Origin: Escherichia phage phAPEC8
Strand: one strand, 5' to 3'
Sequence record: NC_020079.1
DNA length: 64,000 bases
The notes beneath the pieces were generated by a model. That model made no database searches. It had not been told where the DNA came from and saw only the letters and a list, made by a program, of their open reading frames with translations. The position numbers and the translations under genes are program-made. Shown in pieces: positions 18,903 to 27,520 of the stretch; position 1 is the stretch's first letter, and every line of letters starts with the position of its first letter.

Positions 18903-19112
18903 TTATTCATCGTCATCCTCTGTTGAGAATGTTTTAGTATACGGACATTGACGACTTTTCGGGATTGCTATAACTTCATCTTGGTTAGCGTTAGAATAGT
19001 AGCAATATTTTGTATTGCCATTAACTTCAGAATCAGACAAGATTAAAGTAATTTGACCTGCTGCTACTGTGAAACTAAAAGCTAAAAGAACGACTGTCAG
19101 AATCTTTTTCAT
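18903..19112 (-). CDS. small secreted or lipoprotein-like protein (69 aa)
   Basis: AGGAGG RBS; hydrophobic signal-like N-terminus MKKILTVVLLAFSFTVAAG; two Cys. Confidence 0.45.
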   Translation of the reverse strand: MKKILTVVLLAFSFTVAAGQITLILSDSEVNGNTKYCYYSNANQDEVIAIPKSRQCPYTKTFSTEDDDE

Positions 19113-19184
19113 AACGCCTCCTAAAAAGCCTACCTCATTAAGTAGGTAGGCATAATATCATAACTAATCCCGCAAGTCAAGAAC

Positions 19185-20063
19185 TTATTTAAGGATTGTT
19201 GCTTTGGTTAAATCTTCCATCAGACCTCGAATCTCATTGAAGCACAGAAGGACTGAAGCTTCAATACTGCCTTCTTCGTCTGCAAAATATTTCGGAAAAC
19301 GTAGTTTAGAAAGTTTAAACTCTTTATCCACTACGAAATCTACAACACCGTCATATTCAAGACCGATTGCAACAACATCTTTACCATCTTCTTTTAGTTC
19401 GACAGCTTTAGACTCGTATAGGGATTCTTTACTCCAAACAACAACGCCCTCGCTATCCTCCATTTTGATATAATTTCCGAGAGTAATACGATCTGCTTCG
19501 TGATTCTCCAGCAATTCACCAAAACCTTTTACAATAGCTTCTTCATGCACACTAAAACCTACCGAAGGGAAAGTCCCCAGAACGGAACGGAGGAAAGAAG
19601 TAATCTCTTCTGCAACCTTTTTACTTCCATTAAGAACATAAAGAAGATTCGTAGTTTTATCCAAGACAACATAGTTAAAGAAATCTTCAGGTTCTGTTTC
19701 AGGCAATAGTGCAAATTCAATATCTTCCTTCATTGCTTTTACTACTTCTTTATCGACATAAAACTCTTTACCTTCGCTCTCCATGTCCTGACGCATTTCT
19801 TCTAGACGTTCATTCAGAATACGTTTAACTTTCTTTTTATCTACCTTCTTCACAGATTGACCTACATTAAGCAGTTCAAGATCTGAAAACTCTTTTACAA
19901 ATTTAGAGTCATCTTCGAAACGAACAAGACCGATAGTGTGTGACTGGGAGCCTTCTGCTGTTACAAATTCCAGAGGAATATCTGTAATGTTGTTAAGGGA
20001 TGCTACAGAAGCATTGTCACCAACAACCATAGGCAGAGCGGATTTAAAAGATTTTACAAACAT
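19185..20063 (-). CDS. RdgC-like recombination-associated protein
   Basis: 292 aa; C-terminal region (KLSKLRF...EASVLLCFNEIRGLMEDL) resembles E. coli RdgC (SLKRLKF...DADFILMTGELAALIQNL). Confidence 0.45.
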   Translation of the reverse strand: MFVKSFKSALPMVVGDNASVASLNNITDIPLEFVTAEGSQSHTIGLVRFEDDSKFVKEFSDLELLNVGQSVKKVDKKKVKRILNERLEEMRQDMESEGKEFYVDKEVVKAMKEDIEFALLPETEPEDFFNYVVLDKTTNLLYVLNGSKKVAEEITSFLRSVLGTFPSVGFSVHEEAIVKGFGELLENHEADRITLGNYIKMEDSEGVVVWSKESLYESKAVELKEDGKDVVAIGLEYDGVVDFVVDKEFKLSKLRFPKYFADEEGSIEASVLLCFNEIRGLMEDLTKATILK

Positions 20064-20119
20064 GTTTCCTCCTATTTAATACATCTCACATTACCGCCCG
20101 TAAAGGGCGGCTTACAACA

Positions 20120-20845
20120 TTACTTGTTAATAATACCTGCAATATTAGGTTTGACAAAGGTCGATGGTTTCATGATCTTACCTTTATCATCAAAGAACAC
20201 ATACACTTTCTGTTTTTCATTATAAACAGCATGAACACCAGTGTATGCCCCTTCTGGACGATTGGCATTTCGTTCTTCAATTGCAGCGCATTCTTGTGCA
20301 ATGGCTGAATCGATATCCGAAGTTTTCCAAGTTTTCAGCAACTGTTGTTTAGTTGGATACTTGGAATCATTACTTTTCAATACCTCTTTAATAACTTTCT
20401 TTTCTGGATATTTTGAACGGATTAGAGTGTCACGAGACATACGCATAATACCAGCAGCCATTAGTGCCATTTGAACTGGCTCTGTAAATGTTTGTTCCAA
20501 AGCATCAAAATCAGTATACACAGTTGGAGTAAAAACATCGCCTACAGCATAGTCCAAGAAATTCATCGTATGTTCTTCACCAAAGAACATGTAAGTCAGA
20601 TAACTGGATACTACAAAAATATCCGCTGCTGCATCCAAGAGTTCTACATGATCGTTTACTTTCGCGGCTGTTTCATACTCTTTAAGCTCTTCACGAACGA
20701 ACCCGATTTGGGACATAAATAACTCTTGAGTGAATTCAGGTTGTTCACCACCTCGTGCTTTGGCATTCCAATCAATTACGTGCTTTGCTGCATTTTTGAA
20801 AAATTCAGTATCGAATTTAATATCTTTAAAAAAATTCTCGATCAT
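20120..20845 (-). CDS. putative MazG-like nucleotide pyrophosphohydrolase
   Basis: FVREELKEYETA...ELLDAAADIFVV resembles the MazG EExxE...D helix pattern; weak. Confidence 0.3.
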   Translation of the reverse strand: MIENFFKDIKFDTEFFKNAAKHVIDWNAKARGGEQPEFTQELFMSQIGFVREELKEYETAAKVNDHVELLDAAADIFVVSSYLTYMFFGEEHTMNFLDYAVGDVFTPTVYTDFDALEQTFTEPVQMALMAAGIMRMSRDTLIRSKYPEKKVIKEVLKSNDSKYPTKQQLLKTWKTSDIDSAIAQECAAIEERNANRPEGAYTGVHAVYNEKQKVYVFFDDKGKIMKPSTFVKPNIAGIINK

Positions 20846-20854
20846 TATAACTCC

Positions 20855-21037
20855 TTATTTAAAATAGCTTTCTAGAAAGTTGCTAATATTTACTACAGAC
20901 TCACCCATGTAAATCCCTGCGAAACCGAAAACAAGCATACGTGGAATATTGAAATACCATTTATCTGCCGGAAAAGATGCCAGAATTACAATAGCAATTG
21001 CTATCAACATCATAAGAATTGTTGCTAAAATTATCAT
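20855..21037 (-). CDS. small membrane protein (60 aa)
   Basis: Strongly hydrophobic N-terminal half. Confidence 0.35.
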   Translation of the reverse strand: MIILATILMMLIAIAIVILASFPADKWYFNIPRMLVFGFAGIYMGESVVNISNFLESYFK

Positions 21038-21090
21038 AAAAATGCCTCCAGGTATTTTTCACAATGATAAGCTAAGAACATTTTTCCTCC

Positions 21091-22218
21091 TTATTCTGCT
21101 GGTTCCCAAGTGCCTGGGATCATTTCTCGAATACGAACACCAACAGGTTTTGTTGGAATACCTTCATCTGAAAATTCTTCATACTCTATTTCAACGAACT
21201 GATTAATCAAGGTAGAAGCATTCTCTGCTTTACGATAATTGATAGTCTCATGAGCATCTTTACGCATTAAGAATTCGACTACTTTACCATTTTCCATCTC
21301 GCCTGTCAACACTCCATCACCATTTTTATCACTTTTTGAATTTATTACTTTAACTTCAAGCGTATGACGAGGCTTACGTTTAATAACATCATAAGAACGT
21401 TTATCAAATTCGTAAACTCCGTGAGCATTACGATATACTACACCTTCAGCTTTCTCAAGTAAAGCTTTTTCATAGAAAGCATCAAACTGTTCTTGGTTTT
21501 CAATATACTCTGTATGAACTACACAAATAAGCTCATCAAGACCATAATCCTCCACTACTGCCTTAAGAGCAGTAAGAACATCAACACGTTTTTCAAACGG
21601 TAGATCTGGAACTGGAATATCGTATACGTAATAGTTCAGCAAAGGTGTATTTGCATTATGCTTCTTCCAGGCACTGTTAATTTGTTGTAGACTAAGGACA
21701 CCTAACCCAGCAAACACTTCACCATCAAGAGGATGACCAACAACTTCACTAATAAAGTTTGGAATACCTTTCCAATGAGGTGGCAGGTTATACACTTCCC
21801 CAGCTTTTGATAAACACTCCCCTTTCATGTTAATCATAGAACGTAACCCGTTCAGTTTGTATTGTGCATAACCAGGGAACACAACCCTTTCAGGATAATC
21901 TTTATAATCCTGGCATTTCATTGGTGTGGAAGGAACATGGTTTTCAGCTTCTTCTTTTGTTTTATAATAGCCATTCTTTAACTGTTTTGTCCATTTGGCA
22001 AAAGCTTCAAGTTCAGCTTGTTCTTCCGGTGTTGTTTCATTGGAACGACCAATGTTTTTTGCTTCTGCTGTATAAGATTTTTCTGTGATTTTTCCACCTA
22101 CCCTTCCATGAGCTACAGTAACAACTGCACCATCTGTATACACTGTCCACTGTTTAAGTTTTCCTTTTGAATCTTTACCATACAGCGTTTGATTTGTTTG
22201 TTGCATTAGTCCTCCCAT
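21091..22218 (-). CDS. putative ATP-dependent DNA ligase (nucleotidyltransferase superfamily)
   Basis: KLNGLR at about residue 121 fits the ligase motif I Kx(D/N)GxR; 375 aa. Confidence 0.45.
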   Translation of the reverse strand: MGGLMQQTNQTLYGKDSKGKLKQWTVYTDGAVVTVAHGRVGGKITEKSYTAEAKNIGRSNETTPEEQAELEAFAKWTKQLKNGYYKTKEEAENHVPSTPMKCQDYKDYPERVVFPGYAQYKLNGLRSMINMKGECLSKAGEVYNLPPHWKGIPNFISEVVGHPLDGEVFAGLGVLSLQQINSAWKKHNANTPLLNYYVYDIPVPDLPFEKRVDVLTALKAVVEDYGLDELICVVHTEYIENQEQFDAFYEKALLEKAEGVVYRNAHGVYEFDKRSYDVIKRKPRHTLEVKVINSKSDKNGDGVLTGEMENGKVVEFLMRKDAHETINYRKAENASTLINQFVEIEYEEFSDEGIPTKPVGVRIREMIPGTWEPAE

Positions 22219-22538
22219 TTAAAAACTGAAATTTTCAATCTGTTACACACTTCATCCAAATCTGCGTCGAGTAACGTTGTAGATGTTGCCAACATATAAT
22301 CAATGCTTGTGAAACCTTGCCCTTTGGCATAGTCAAACATATCTTCATACATATCTTCTTCAGTCCCGAAACAGAAGTCACCCAAATGCCACATCTTGAC
22401 ACCTGGACTCGTAGCGCATTTATTCCATGCTTCGATCAGTGCTTCTGTCATGTGGTCCATATCTTCCCACGGTCGATATTCAGGAGCAAACTCTCGTATA
22501 CGTTTGTGCATAAAATGCAAATCACTTGTAATAAACAT
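22206..22538 (-). CDS. hypothetical protein with metallophosphoesterase-like N-terminal motifs
   Basis: SDLHFMH ... HLGDF motifs; only 110 aa. Confidence 0.3.
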   Translation of the reverse strand: MFITSDLHFMHKRIREFAPEYRPWEDMDHMTEALIEAWNKCATSPGVKMWHLGDFCFGTEEDMYEDMFDYAKGQGFTSIDYMLATSTTLLDADLDEVCNRLKISVFKWED

Positions 22539-22894
22539 TAGTATAATCCCTCGCTAAATAGGTCACGATCATGACCATTACGTTCGTAGTCAATCTGGTC
22601 TGCGTGTTTTGCAATAATGTATGCATCTTCACGACTCCACCAATTGTAGTATTGATCAATAAAACCTTGATTGTTTGGAAGACAATGCACTTTATCAAGC
22701 ACACCTGCTTCTTTCAATACATTCAACTGTGTAGATAATACAGGATTTGCATGTCGAACACAAGGAATAATTAACTCTTCACCATTATTCAAAATATACT
22801 TATTCGCAGCACAGACTATAACACGTTGCGCATAATGACCCTCACCAATCCAGGTAAGAGGCTGGTAACAAATGTTGTTTTCAATACCACTCAT
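22538..22894 (-). CDS. hypothetical protein (118 aa)
   Basis: ORF track; GAGGAGG RBS. Confidence 0.4.
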   Translation of the reverse strand: MSGIENNICYQPLTWIGEGHYAQRVIVCAANKYILNNGEELIIPCVRHANPVLSTQLNVLKEAGVLDKVHCLPNNQGFIDQYYNWWSREDAYIIAKHADQIDYERNGHDRDLFSEGLY

Positions 22895-22900
22895 TGTTTC

Positions 22901-23044
22901 CTAATCCTCCTCTCTTAAGTTATCCTCTAAAAAGCTAGTATCTGGAAGTAAAAGATCATTACTTGTGTCGGGCCAACCCTCTTCTTCTCGGTAGATAAAG
23001 TAACCTTCGTCCTCTTCTTGTTCTGACCAAACCGAATGATGCAT
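22901..23044 (-). CDS. small acidic hypothetical protein (47 aa)
   Basis: Hand-translated sub-threshold ORF with AAGGAGA RBS filling the gap between track ORFs. Confidence 0.3.
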   Translation of the reverse strand: MHHSVWSEQEEDEGYFIYREEEGWPDTSNDLLLPDTSFLEDNLREED

Positions 23045-23053
23045 GTTCTCTCC

Positions 23054-23398
23054 TTAATAGTGCACACGAATCATTTTAATACCATAACGCAGCATGGATT
23101 CTTTTGCAAGCATGAATTTATCCCCAGCGGCGGGATTAGAAGTATGCACGAAAATGGTAGGTGAACCAAAGCAAGGTTTACCAAACGCCAGAAGTTCTTC
23201 CAGGTACAGGAAAACATCATACCCATCTTGGTCTGACTCCATACCTAAATCATTGTCAAAAGACCACTCGGTTACTCTTCGATACAGTTTAGCAGGATCA
23301 TTAAGAAAAGCCATAGCTTCTTGTGACGTTTTAAACCAAATTGCATCTTCCTGTCCATAGTCGGCTGGGTTCCGCATATCATCTATCCAAACTTTCAT
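23054..23398 (-). CDS. hypothetical protein (114 aa)
   Basis: ORF track. Confidence 0.4.
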   Translation of the reverse strand: MKVWIDDMRNPADYGQEDAIWFKTSQEAMAFLNDPAKLYRRVTEWSFDNDLGMESDQDGYDVFLYLEELLAFGKPCFGSPTIFVHTSNPAAGDKFMLAKESMLRYGIKMIRVHY

Positions 23399-23408
23399 AT
23401 AACCTCCT

Positions 23409-23879
23409 CTAAGCTGGCATGATTAAAAAAGAACTCTCCACTTCAAAATGCCAATCCTCCACAAGCCCTGATTCCCAGTCCTTCTCTTCGTGGAAGGAAC
23501 AGATCCAACGGTACATTCCTGGCGGTGTATTCTCCACATCTTCCGGCAACCCATAATCCAAGGCTGTCTTGCCATTCTCTGTAAAACCAGGGTGGAGATT
23601 AGGAGCTTTCAGTACAGAAACCATACCTCCAACATCCACAGCTACGATCCACTCTGTCATGTATGGGCTGTCATATTGAGGCTCATCAGAACCTACCTCA
23701 ACAGCCTCTGTGCGTAAGATGATAATAGGCTGCTCTGTGATTGGGGCTTTGACAATATAACCGTGGTCCTCAAAAAGATCGATAACCTCGAACTCATCGC
23801 CGTTTTCGACACCATAGCTCTTATTCAAAGAGATAAACTTCGGGTTATCATCATAAGCTTTAGTTACTTTAATTCTCAT
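23409..23879 (-). CDS. hypothetical protein (156 aa)
   Basis: ORF track. Confidence 0.4.
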   Translation of the reverse strand: MRIKVTKAYDDNPKFISLNKSYGVENGDEFEVIDLFEDHGYIVKAPITEQPIIILRTEAVEVGSDEPQYDSPYMTEWIVAVDVGGMVSVLKAPNLHPGFTENGKTALDYGLPEDVENTPPGMYRWICSFHEEKDWESGLVEDWHFEVESSFLIMPA

Positions 23880-24100
23880 TTTCCCTCCTTCACTTTAACC
23901 TCAAATTCTACAGGCTTACCCTCAATGTAAAAACACTGATACTCTGCCTTATCATCCTCATCACGAGGCCAAGTTACCAAGGAGTTATAGCAATCTTCTG
24001 GTGCTTTGAAGATGGTTTTAGTCTCCATAGTAACATTCCCATTAAGTGTTGCCAATACCACCCACCCAGCTACAGGGATCATAGTGCCTCCACTTTCCAC
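23876..24100 (-). CDS. hypothetical protein (74 aa)
   Basis: ORF track; 4-nt overlap with neighbour. Confidence 0.35.
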   Translation of the reverse strand: MESGGTMIPVAGWVVLATLNGNVTMETKTIFKAPEDCYNSLVTWPRDEDDKAEYQCFYIEGKPVEFEVKVKEGK

Positions 24101-24261
24101 GTTTTACCCTTATCAACCAAGGTCTTTGCTACAGCATACTCCTTCCCATTAACAAGGAAATAATAAACTATAAAAGATTTCCCGATTGTTACTGTCTTAG
24201 TAACCTCTACACGTTTAACACCTTGCATGTATTTTGCCTTACCGGAATAGAGTAAAATCAT
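24079..24261 (-). CDS. hypothetical protein (60 aa)
   Basis: ORF track. Confidence 0.3.
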   Translation of the reverse strand: MILLYSGKAKYMQGVKRVEVTKTVTIGKSFIVYYFLVNGKEYAVAKTLVDKGKTWKVEAL

Positions 24262-24539
24262 TTTGCATTCCTCTTGTTGTTGATAACATCCATAGCAGTA
24301 TATGGTTTATTAGTGCCATGATACTCTAGAATCATTGGAGAGCCTTCTTGCACTACTTCAAAAATACCATAAACAGAACTTTCAGCAAATACCATTTGCT
24401 TCGTTCCTTCATCGTTTACAACGAGAGAAAACTTCTTACCTGTCCCGTTGAGGATCTCGTATTTCTTGCCAGCAGTGAATAATCCAGAGTACCACTCACT
24501 ATCTGTTGCTTTTACACACTTCAGGAAAGTCTTGATCAT
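24258..24539 (-). CDS. hypothetical protein (93 aa)
   Basis: ORF track. Confidence 0.35.
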   Translation of the reverse strand: MIKTFLKCVKATDSEWYSGLFTAGKKYEILNGTGKKFSLVVNDEGTKQMVFAESSVYGIFEVVQEGSPMILEYHGTNKPYTAMDVINNKRNAK

Positions 24540-24889
24540 TTCTTTTTGCTCCTCTTCTTAGATTTATCATACAAACCTAACACAGCAGCCTCTTTTGCAC
24601 AAGTAGGGACTGAAGTCATTCCTCTTCGCTTTGCATCGGGCAGGTTGAGCGTCCACCATCCGAACCAGTAGATTTGGTCTTCCGTGAGTGGTTCAGCCAT
24701 TGGATCTGCCTCCTGCTTCTCAAGACGTTGCAACGCTTCTTCAATCTTCTCAATTGGTGTGTCAAAGACGAATGCCTCCGTATCAAACTTATCTTTCTTA
24801 GGAACTGATTTGGCTACTTTGAGAACCTCGTTTTTCGGTTTCTTAGTAACGTTCTTTGGCTTTGATAACTTCTTCGGTGTTTTCGCCAC
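24536..24889 (-). CDS. hypothetical lysine-rich protein (117 aa)
   Basis: ORF track; very basic N- and C-termini. Confidence 0.35.
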   Translation of the reverse strand: MAKTPKKLSKPKNVTKKPKNEVLKVAKSVPKKDKFDTEAFVFDTPIEKIEEALQRLEKQEADPMAEPLTEDQIYWFGWWTLNLPDAKRRGMTSVPTCAKEAAVLGLYDKSKKRSKKK

Positions 24890-25082
24890 TTACTACCTCC
24901 ATACGATCTAAAAAGTCATTCACAAATCTCCAATAACGTTGACCTGTTCTAAGATCTTCATAGATAACAACAGGATCAAACACTTTAGATATTCCGGCAG
25001 GTTTTGGAAATTCCACGACCGTATATAAGCCACCTTTTGATACACAAGAATAGGTTACACCTGTAATTGGATATTTGCTCAT
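24843..25082 (-). CDS. hypothetical protein (79 aa)
   Basis: ORF track. Confidence 0.3.
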   Translation of the reverse strand: MSKYPITGVTYSCVSKGGLYTVVEFPKPAGISKVFDPVVIYEDLRTGQRYWRFVNDFLDRMEVVSGENTEEVIKAKERY

Positions 25083-25273
25083 TTCTTTACGTACTCCATG
25101 ATTGGGGTATGGTCGCCAGTGAGCGTCACACGGTTGTAGGAAACGTTTTGTGTCTTCAACGTCTCAACCCATTCCAGGAAATGTTCTTTCGCTTCTGTGT
25201 AGTTCTGGGTGCCTTTAACAACATGAATATCATCCAGGGTGACACGGAATACCATTTGAATAACGTCTTTCAT
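25079..25273 (-). CDS. hypothetical protein (64 aa)
   Basis: ORF track. Confidence 0.3.
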   Translation of the reverse strand: MKDVIQMVFRVTLDDIHVVKGTQNYTEAKEHFLEWVETLKTQNVSYNRVTLTGDHTPIMEYVKK

Positions 25274-25386
25274 TTCTTACCTCCTTTGTTGTCAAAATAG
25301 CTTACCAGAACATCGTGAACCACACAAATGGCAAAAATCAGAACAATTGTTGCCAGGATTGGGTTCTCACTAATTAGTGCTATCAT
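25270..25386 (-). CDS. very small membrane protein (38 aa)
   Basis: Internal ATG with GGAGGTGG RBS inside the track ORF 25270..25467; hydrophobic core. Confidence 0.3.
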   Translation of the reverse strand: MIALISENPILATIVLIFAICVVHDVLVSYFDNKGGKK

Positions 25387-25693
25387 CTTTAACCACCTCC
25401 AATTGCCTTTCGAGTTTGACTCTGTTTGAGAACTGATAATGACACAACTTACATTGCATGTCAACAATCTGATCGTGATTTAACCCTACAATTTTAACTT
25501 CCTTTGCACCATCCCACTCCAAATACTCAAAGCCATCCAAATGATTACTCTTGTCCAACAGGAATGCTATCTGCTGCCATTCAATCTGAATGTCATTTAA
25601 ATGATATGCTGCACAGAAGATATCCTCATAGTAAAAGACGATCATTGTCATTGCTTCGTCCAGCACAACTACTTCTTGTCTTGTAAATCTCAT
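25370..25693 (-). CDS. hypothetical protein, first gene of the leftward block (107 aa)
   Basis: ORF track; begins right after the divergent intergenic region. Confidence 0.4.
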   Translation of the reverse strand: MRFTRQEVVVLDEAMTMIVFYYEDIFCAAYHLNDIQIEWQQIAFLLDKSNHLDGFEYLEWDGAKEVKIVGLNHDQIVDMQCKLCHYQFSNRVKLERQLEVVKDDSTN

Positions 25694-26164
25694 TCTAGCC
25701 TCCTAAACGCGTCTCTGACGCACTTTTTATATATAAGATGATAAATCACCTTACCTAGTAAGTAAGCTTGCTCTACGAGCCTCTTATGAAGCTTAAGTTA
25801 TACTATTGCTACCTGTTTAAGCAAGGTTTTGCACACAGAAAATAATTTTTAATAAAACTCTTGACTTTTGTGTTCGAAGTATGCTACCCTAGAAATCTAT
25901 TAACGAGCGCAGCGAGTTAAGGTTTTAGGTTGTTGATGTAGTACTCTGTACTAAAGCACTGTACTCCGTACTAGATTAATAATTATTAAATATTAATAAA
26001 TAATTATTAGATCTAACAAACAGGTACAGTGTATCAGAACTGGTACGTACATATCAACTTCTATCAATTAAAAAATAAAATAATAAATTATTATAAATAA
26101 TACTTGATCTATAAATCAGTATGAAGTACAGTACGTAACATCTTAACAAGAATGGAGGTGTGCA
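25694..26164. promoter_or_regulatory. divergent AT-rich control region between the leftward and rightward gene blocks
   Basis: About 470 nt without a credible ORF; GTAC-containing repeats (GTACTCTGTACT, CTGTACTCCGTACT, GTACAGT, GTACGTAC) and AT-only near-palindromes. Confidence 0.45.
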
Positions 26165-26350
26165 ATGATTAGTGAGAATCCGTGCAAATGGCATCATGTG
26201 CCTATTAAAGATTGTATGTCTTGTAATCCACGTTCTATTTATAACATTGCATCTTATGATGATGACAATGTGTTAGACGATGATGAAGGCTGGGAGGATT
26301 TAGATTGGACTGGTTATGAAACCAAAAAGGATAAAATTATTCCTAGTTGA
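26165..26350 (+). CDS. small Cys-containing acidic protein (61 aa)
   Basis: ORF track; GGAGG RBS. Confidence 0.4.
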   Translation: MISENPCKWHHVPIKDCMSCNPRSIYNIASYDDDNVLDDDEGWEDLDWTGYETKKDKIIPS

Positions 26351-26387
26351 CTTAAGATATCCTTCGTGCTAAACTAGAAGTGAGGAG

Positions 26388-26639
26388 ATGCCGATCACTC
26401 CCCATTTGGGGTTCGAAGGATATATGCAAAATAGCTTTTATTTTAGGTGCCGTGCTTGTAATAGGCATTTGACAAACCACTCCAGACGTGATAAAAATGG
26501 AGTCATCAAGGAATCAGACCTCTGTTCTATTTGCACAGGTTTGGCTTTTGATGATAGTCCCGAAAGGGTTTATCAGCATCAATGTATAACAGACGTTCTC
26601 GTGTCAAACTTGGTAGAGGACGAACAACTAACAGATTAG
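26388..26639 (+). CDS. zinc-ribbon protein (83 aa)
   Basis: CRACN ... CSIC Cys pairs. Confidence 0.4.
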   Translation: MPITPHLGFEGYMQNSFYFRCRACNRHLTNHSRRDKNGVIKESDLCSICTGLAFDDSPERVYQHQCITDVLVSNLVEDEQLTD

Positions 26640-26647
26640 GAGGAACA

Positions 26648-26896
26648 ATGTCTCTATTAGAAAAACACGTGTTTGAAGATGGTAACGGCAATGCAGTTTT
26701 TCTTTTCCATCCAGAAAAATACACATCTGAAAACAATGGTACAACTTCTATTGTAATCACTAAAGATGTTAAAGTTATTGATTTCTTGGCTCTGATGCGA
26801 GAGATGGATCTTGAAATTAATACTTTTAACGCAGAAGCTTTGGTTGTTGCTCTTCTGGAAAAGAAAGATAGTGAAGAAGTAGCAGAATATGCTTAA
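26648..26896 (+). CDS. hypothetical protein
   Basis: Start moved to the ATG at 26648 (MSLLEKH..) with AGGAGG RBS; track ORF starts earlier in the overlap. Confidence 0.4.
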   Translation: MSLLEKHVFEDGNGNAVFLFHPEKYTSENNGTTSIVITKDVKVIDFLALMREMDLEINTFNAEALVVALLEKKDSEEVAEYA

Positions 26897-26903
26897 ATAA
26901 CTA

Positions 26904-26933
26904 TTGACAAACGTATCCTTCATATGTTAGGAT
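26904..26933 (+). promoter_or_regulatory. sigma70-like promoter upstream of the tRNA operon leader
   Basis: CTATTGACA -35 box, about 17-nt spacer, weak TAnnnT -10. Confidence 0.4.
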
Positions 26934-27142
26934 ACGTTCATCAAGTGTGGTAACAGGGTCGTTGACTTTTGTTAAGAGGGGCTTGCACTGCGGTAGTGTT
27001 AGAGACTACTTCTTCAGAGGTTAGCTACCAAAGAGGAAAAGGAATAGTCTCGGCTCAAGAACTTTTACGCTGAAAGTTGGGCTTGGTCTTAGAGAATGTA
27101 GCGGTTCTCTACAATCGTCAGCGTCTCTGTTACCACATTTAT

Positions 27143-27217
27143 GGCCCTGTAGCTCAATGGGAGAGCTGTCGGCTCATAACCGATAGGTAGCTGGATCGAA
27201 ACCAGCCAGGGCCACCA
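27143..27217 (+). tRNA. tRNA-Met (anticodon CAT)
   Basis: Hand-folded cloverleaf: acceptor GGCCCTG/CAGGGCC, anticodon loop CTCATAA, encoded CCA; T-loop ATCGAAA. Confidence 0.7.
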
Positions 27218-27219
27218 AC

Positions 27220-27294
27220 GTCTTTATGGTGTAATGGATAGCACAGGAGTCTTCTAAACTCTTAGTCAAGGTTCGATTCCTTGTAAAGACACCA
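27220..27294 (+). tRNA. tRNA-Arg (anticodon TCT)
   Basis: Acceptor GTCTTTA/TAAAGAC, anticodon loop CTTCTAA, T-arm CAAGG-TTCGATT-CCTTG, CCA. Confidence 0.7.
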
Positions 27295-27490
27295 GAACAT
27301 TTTAACATGAATTAGCTCAAGTGATTTGAACCCACTACTGATCATGGTGGCAGAGAATGAGGCAAGTATGTCAGACATTATAAACAAAGGCCACGGTTAC
27401 ATTAGAAGACATAAATGCTCGAAGAGCACCGTTCGTGGAGAACGGGGGTTGGTGGAGTCACCATTCATGGTAAAATGTTTTAAAAAACTA

Positions 27491-27520
27491 TTGACAACTA
27501 ACATTATTTTATGTTAGATT
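27491..27520 (+). promoter_or_regulatory. sigma70-like promoter inside the tRNA operon
   Basis: CTATTGACA, 17-nt spacer, TTAGAT/TAGATT -10; a few nt upstream of tRNA-Ser. Confidence 0.45.
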
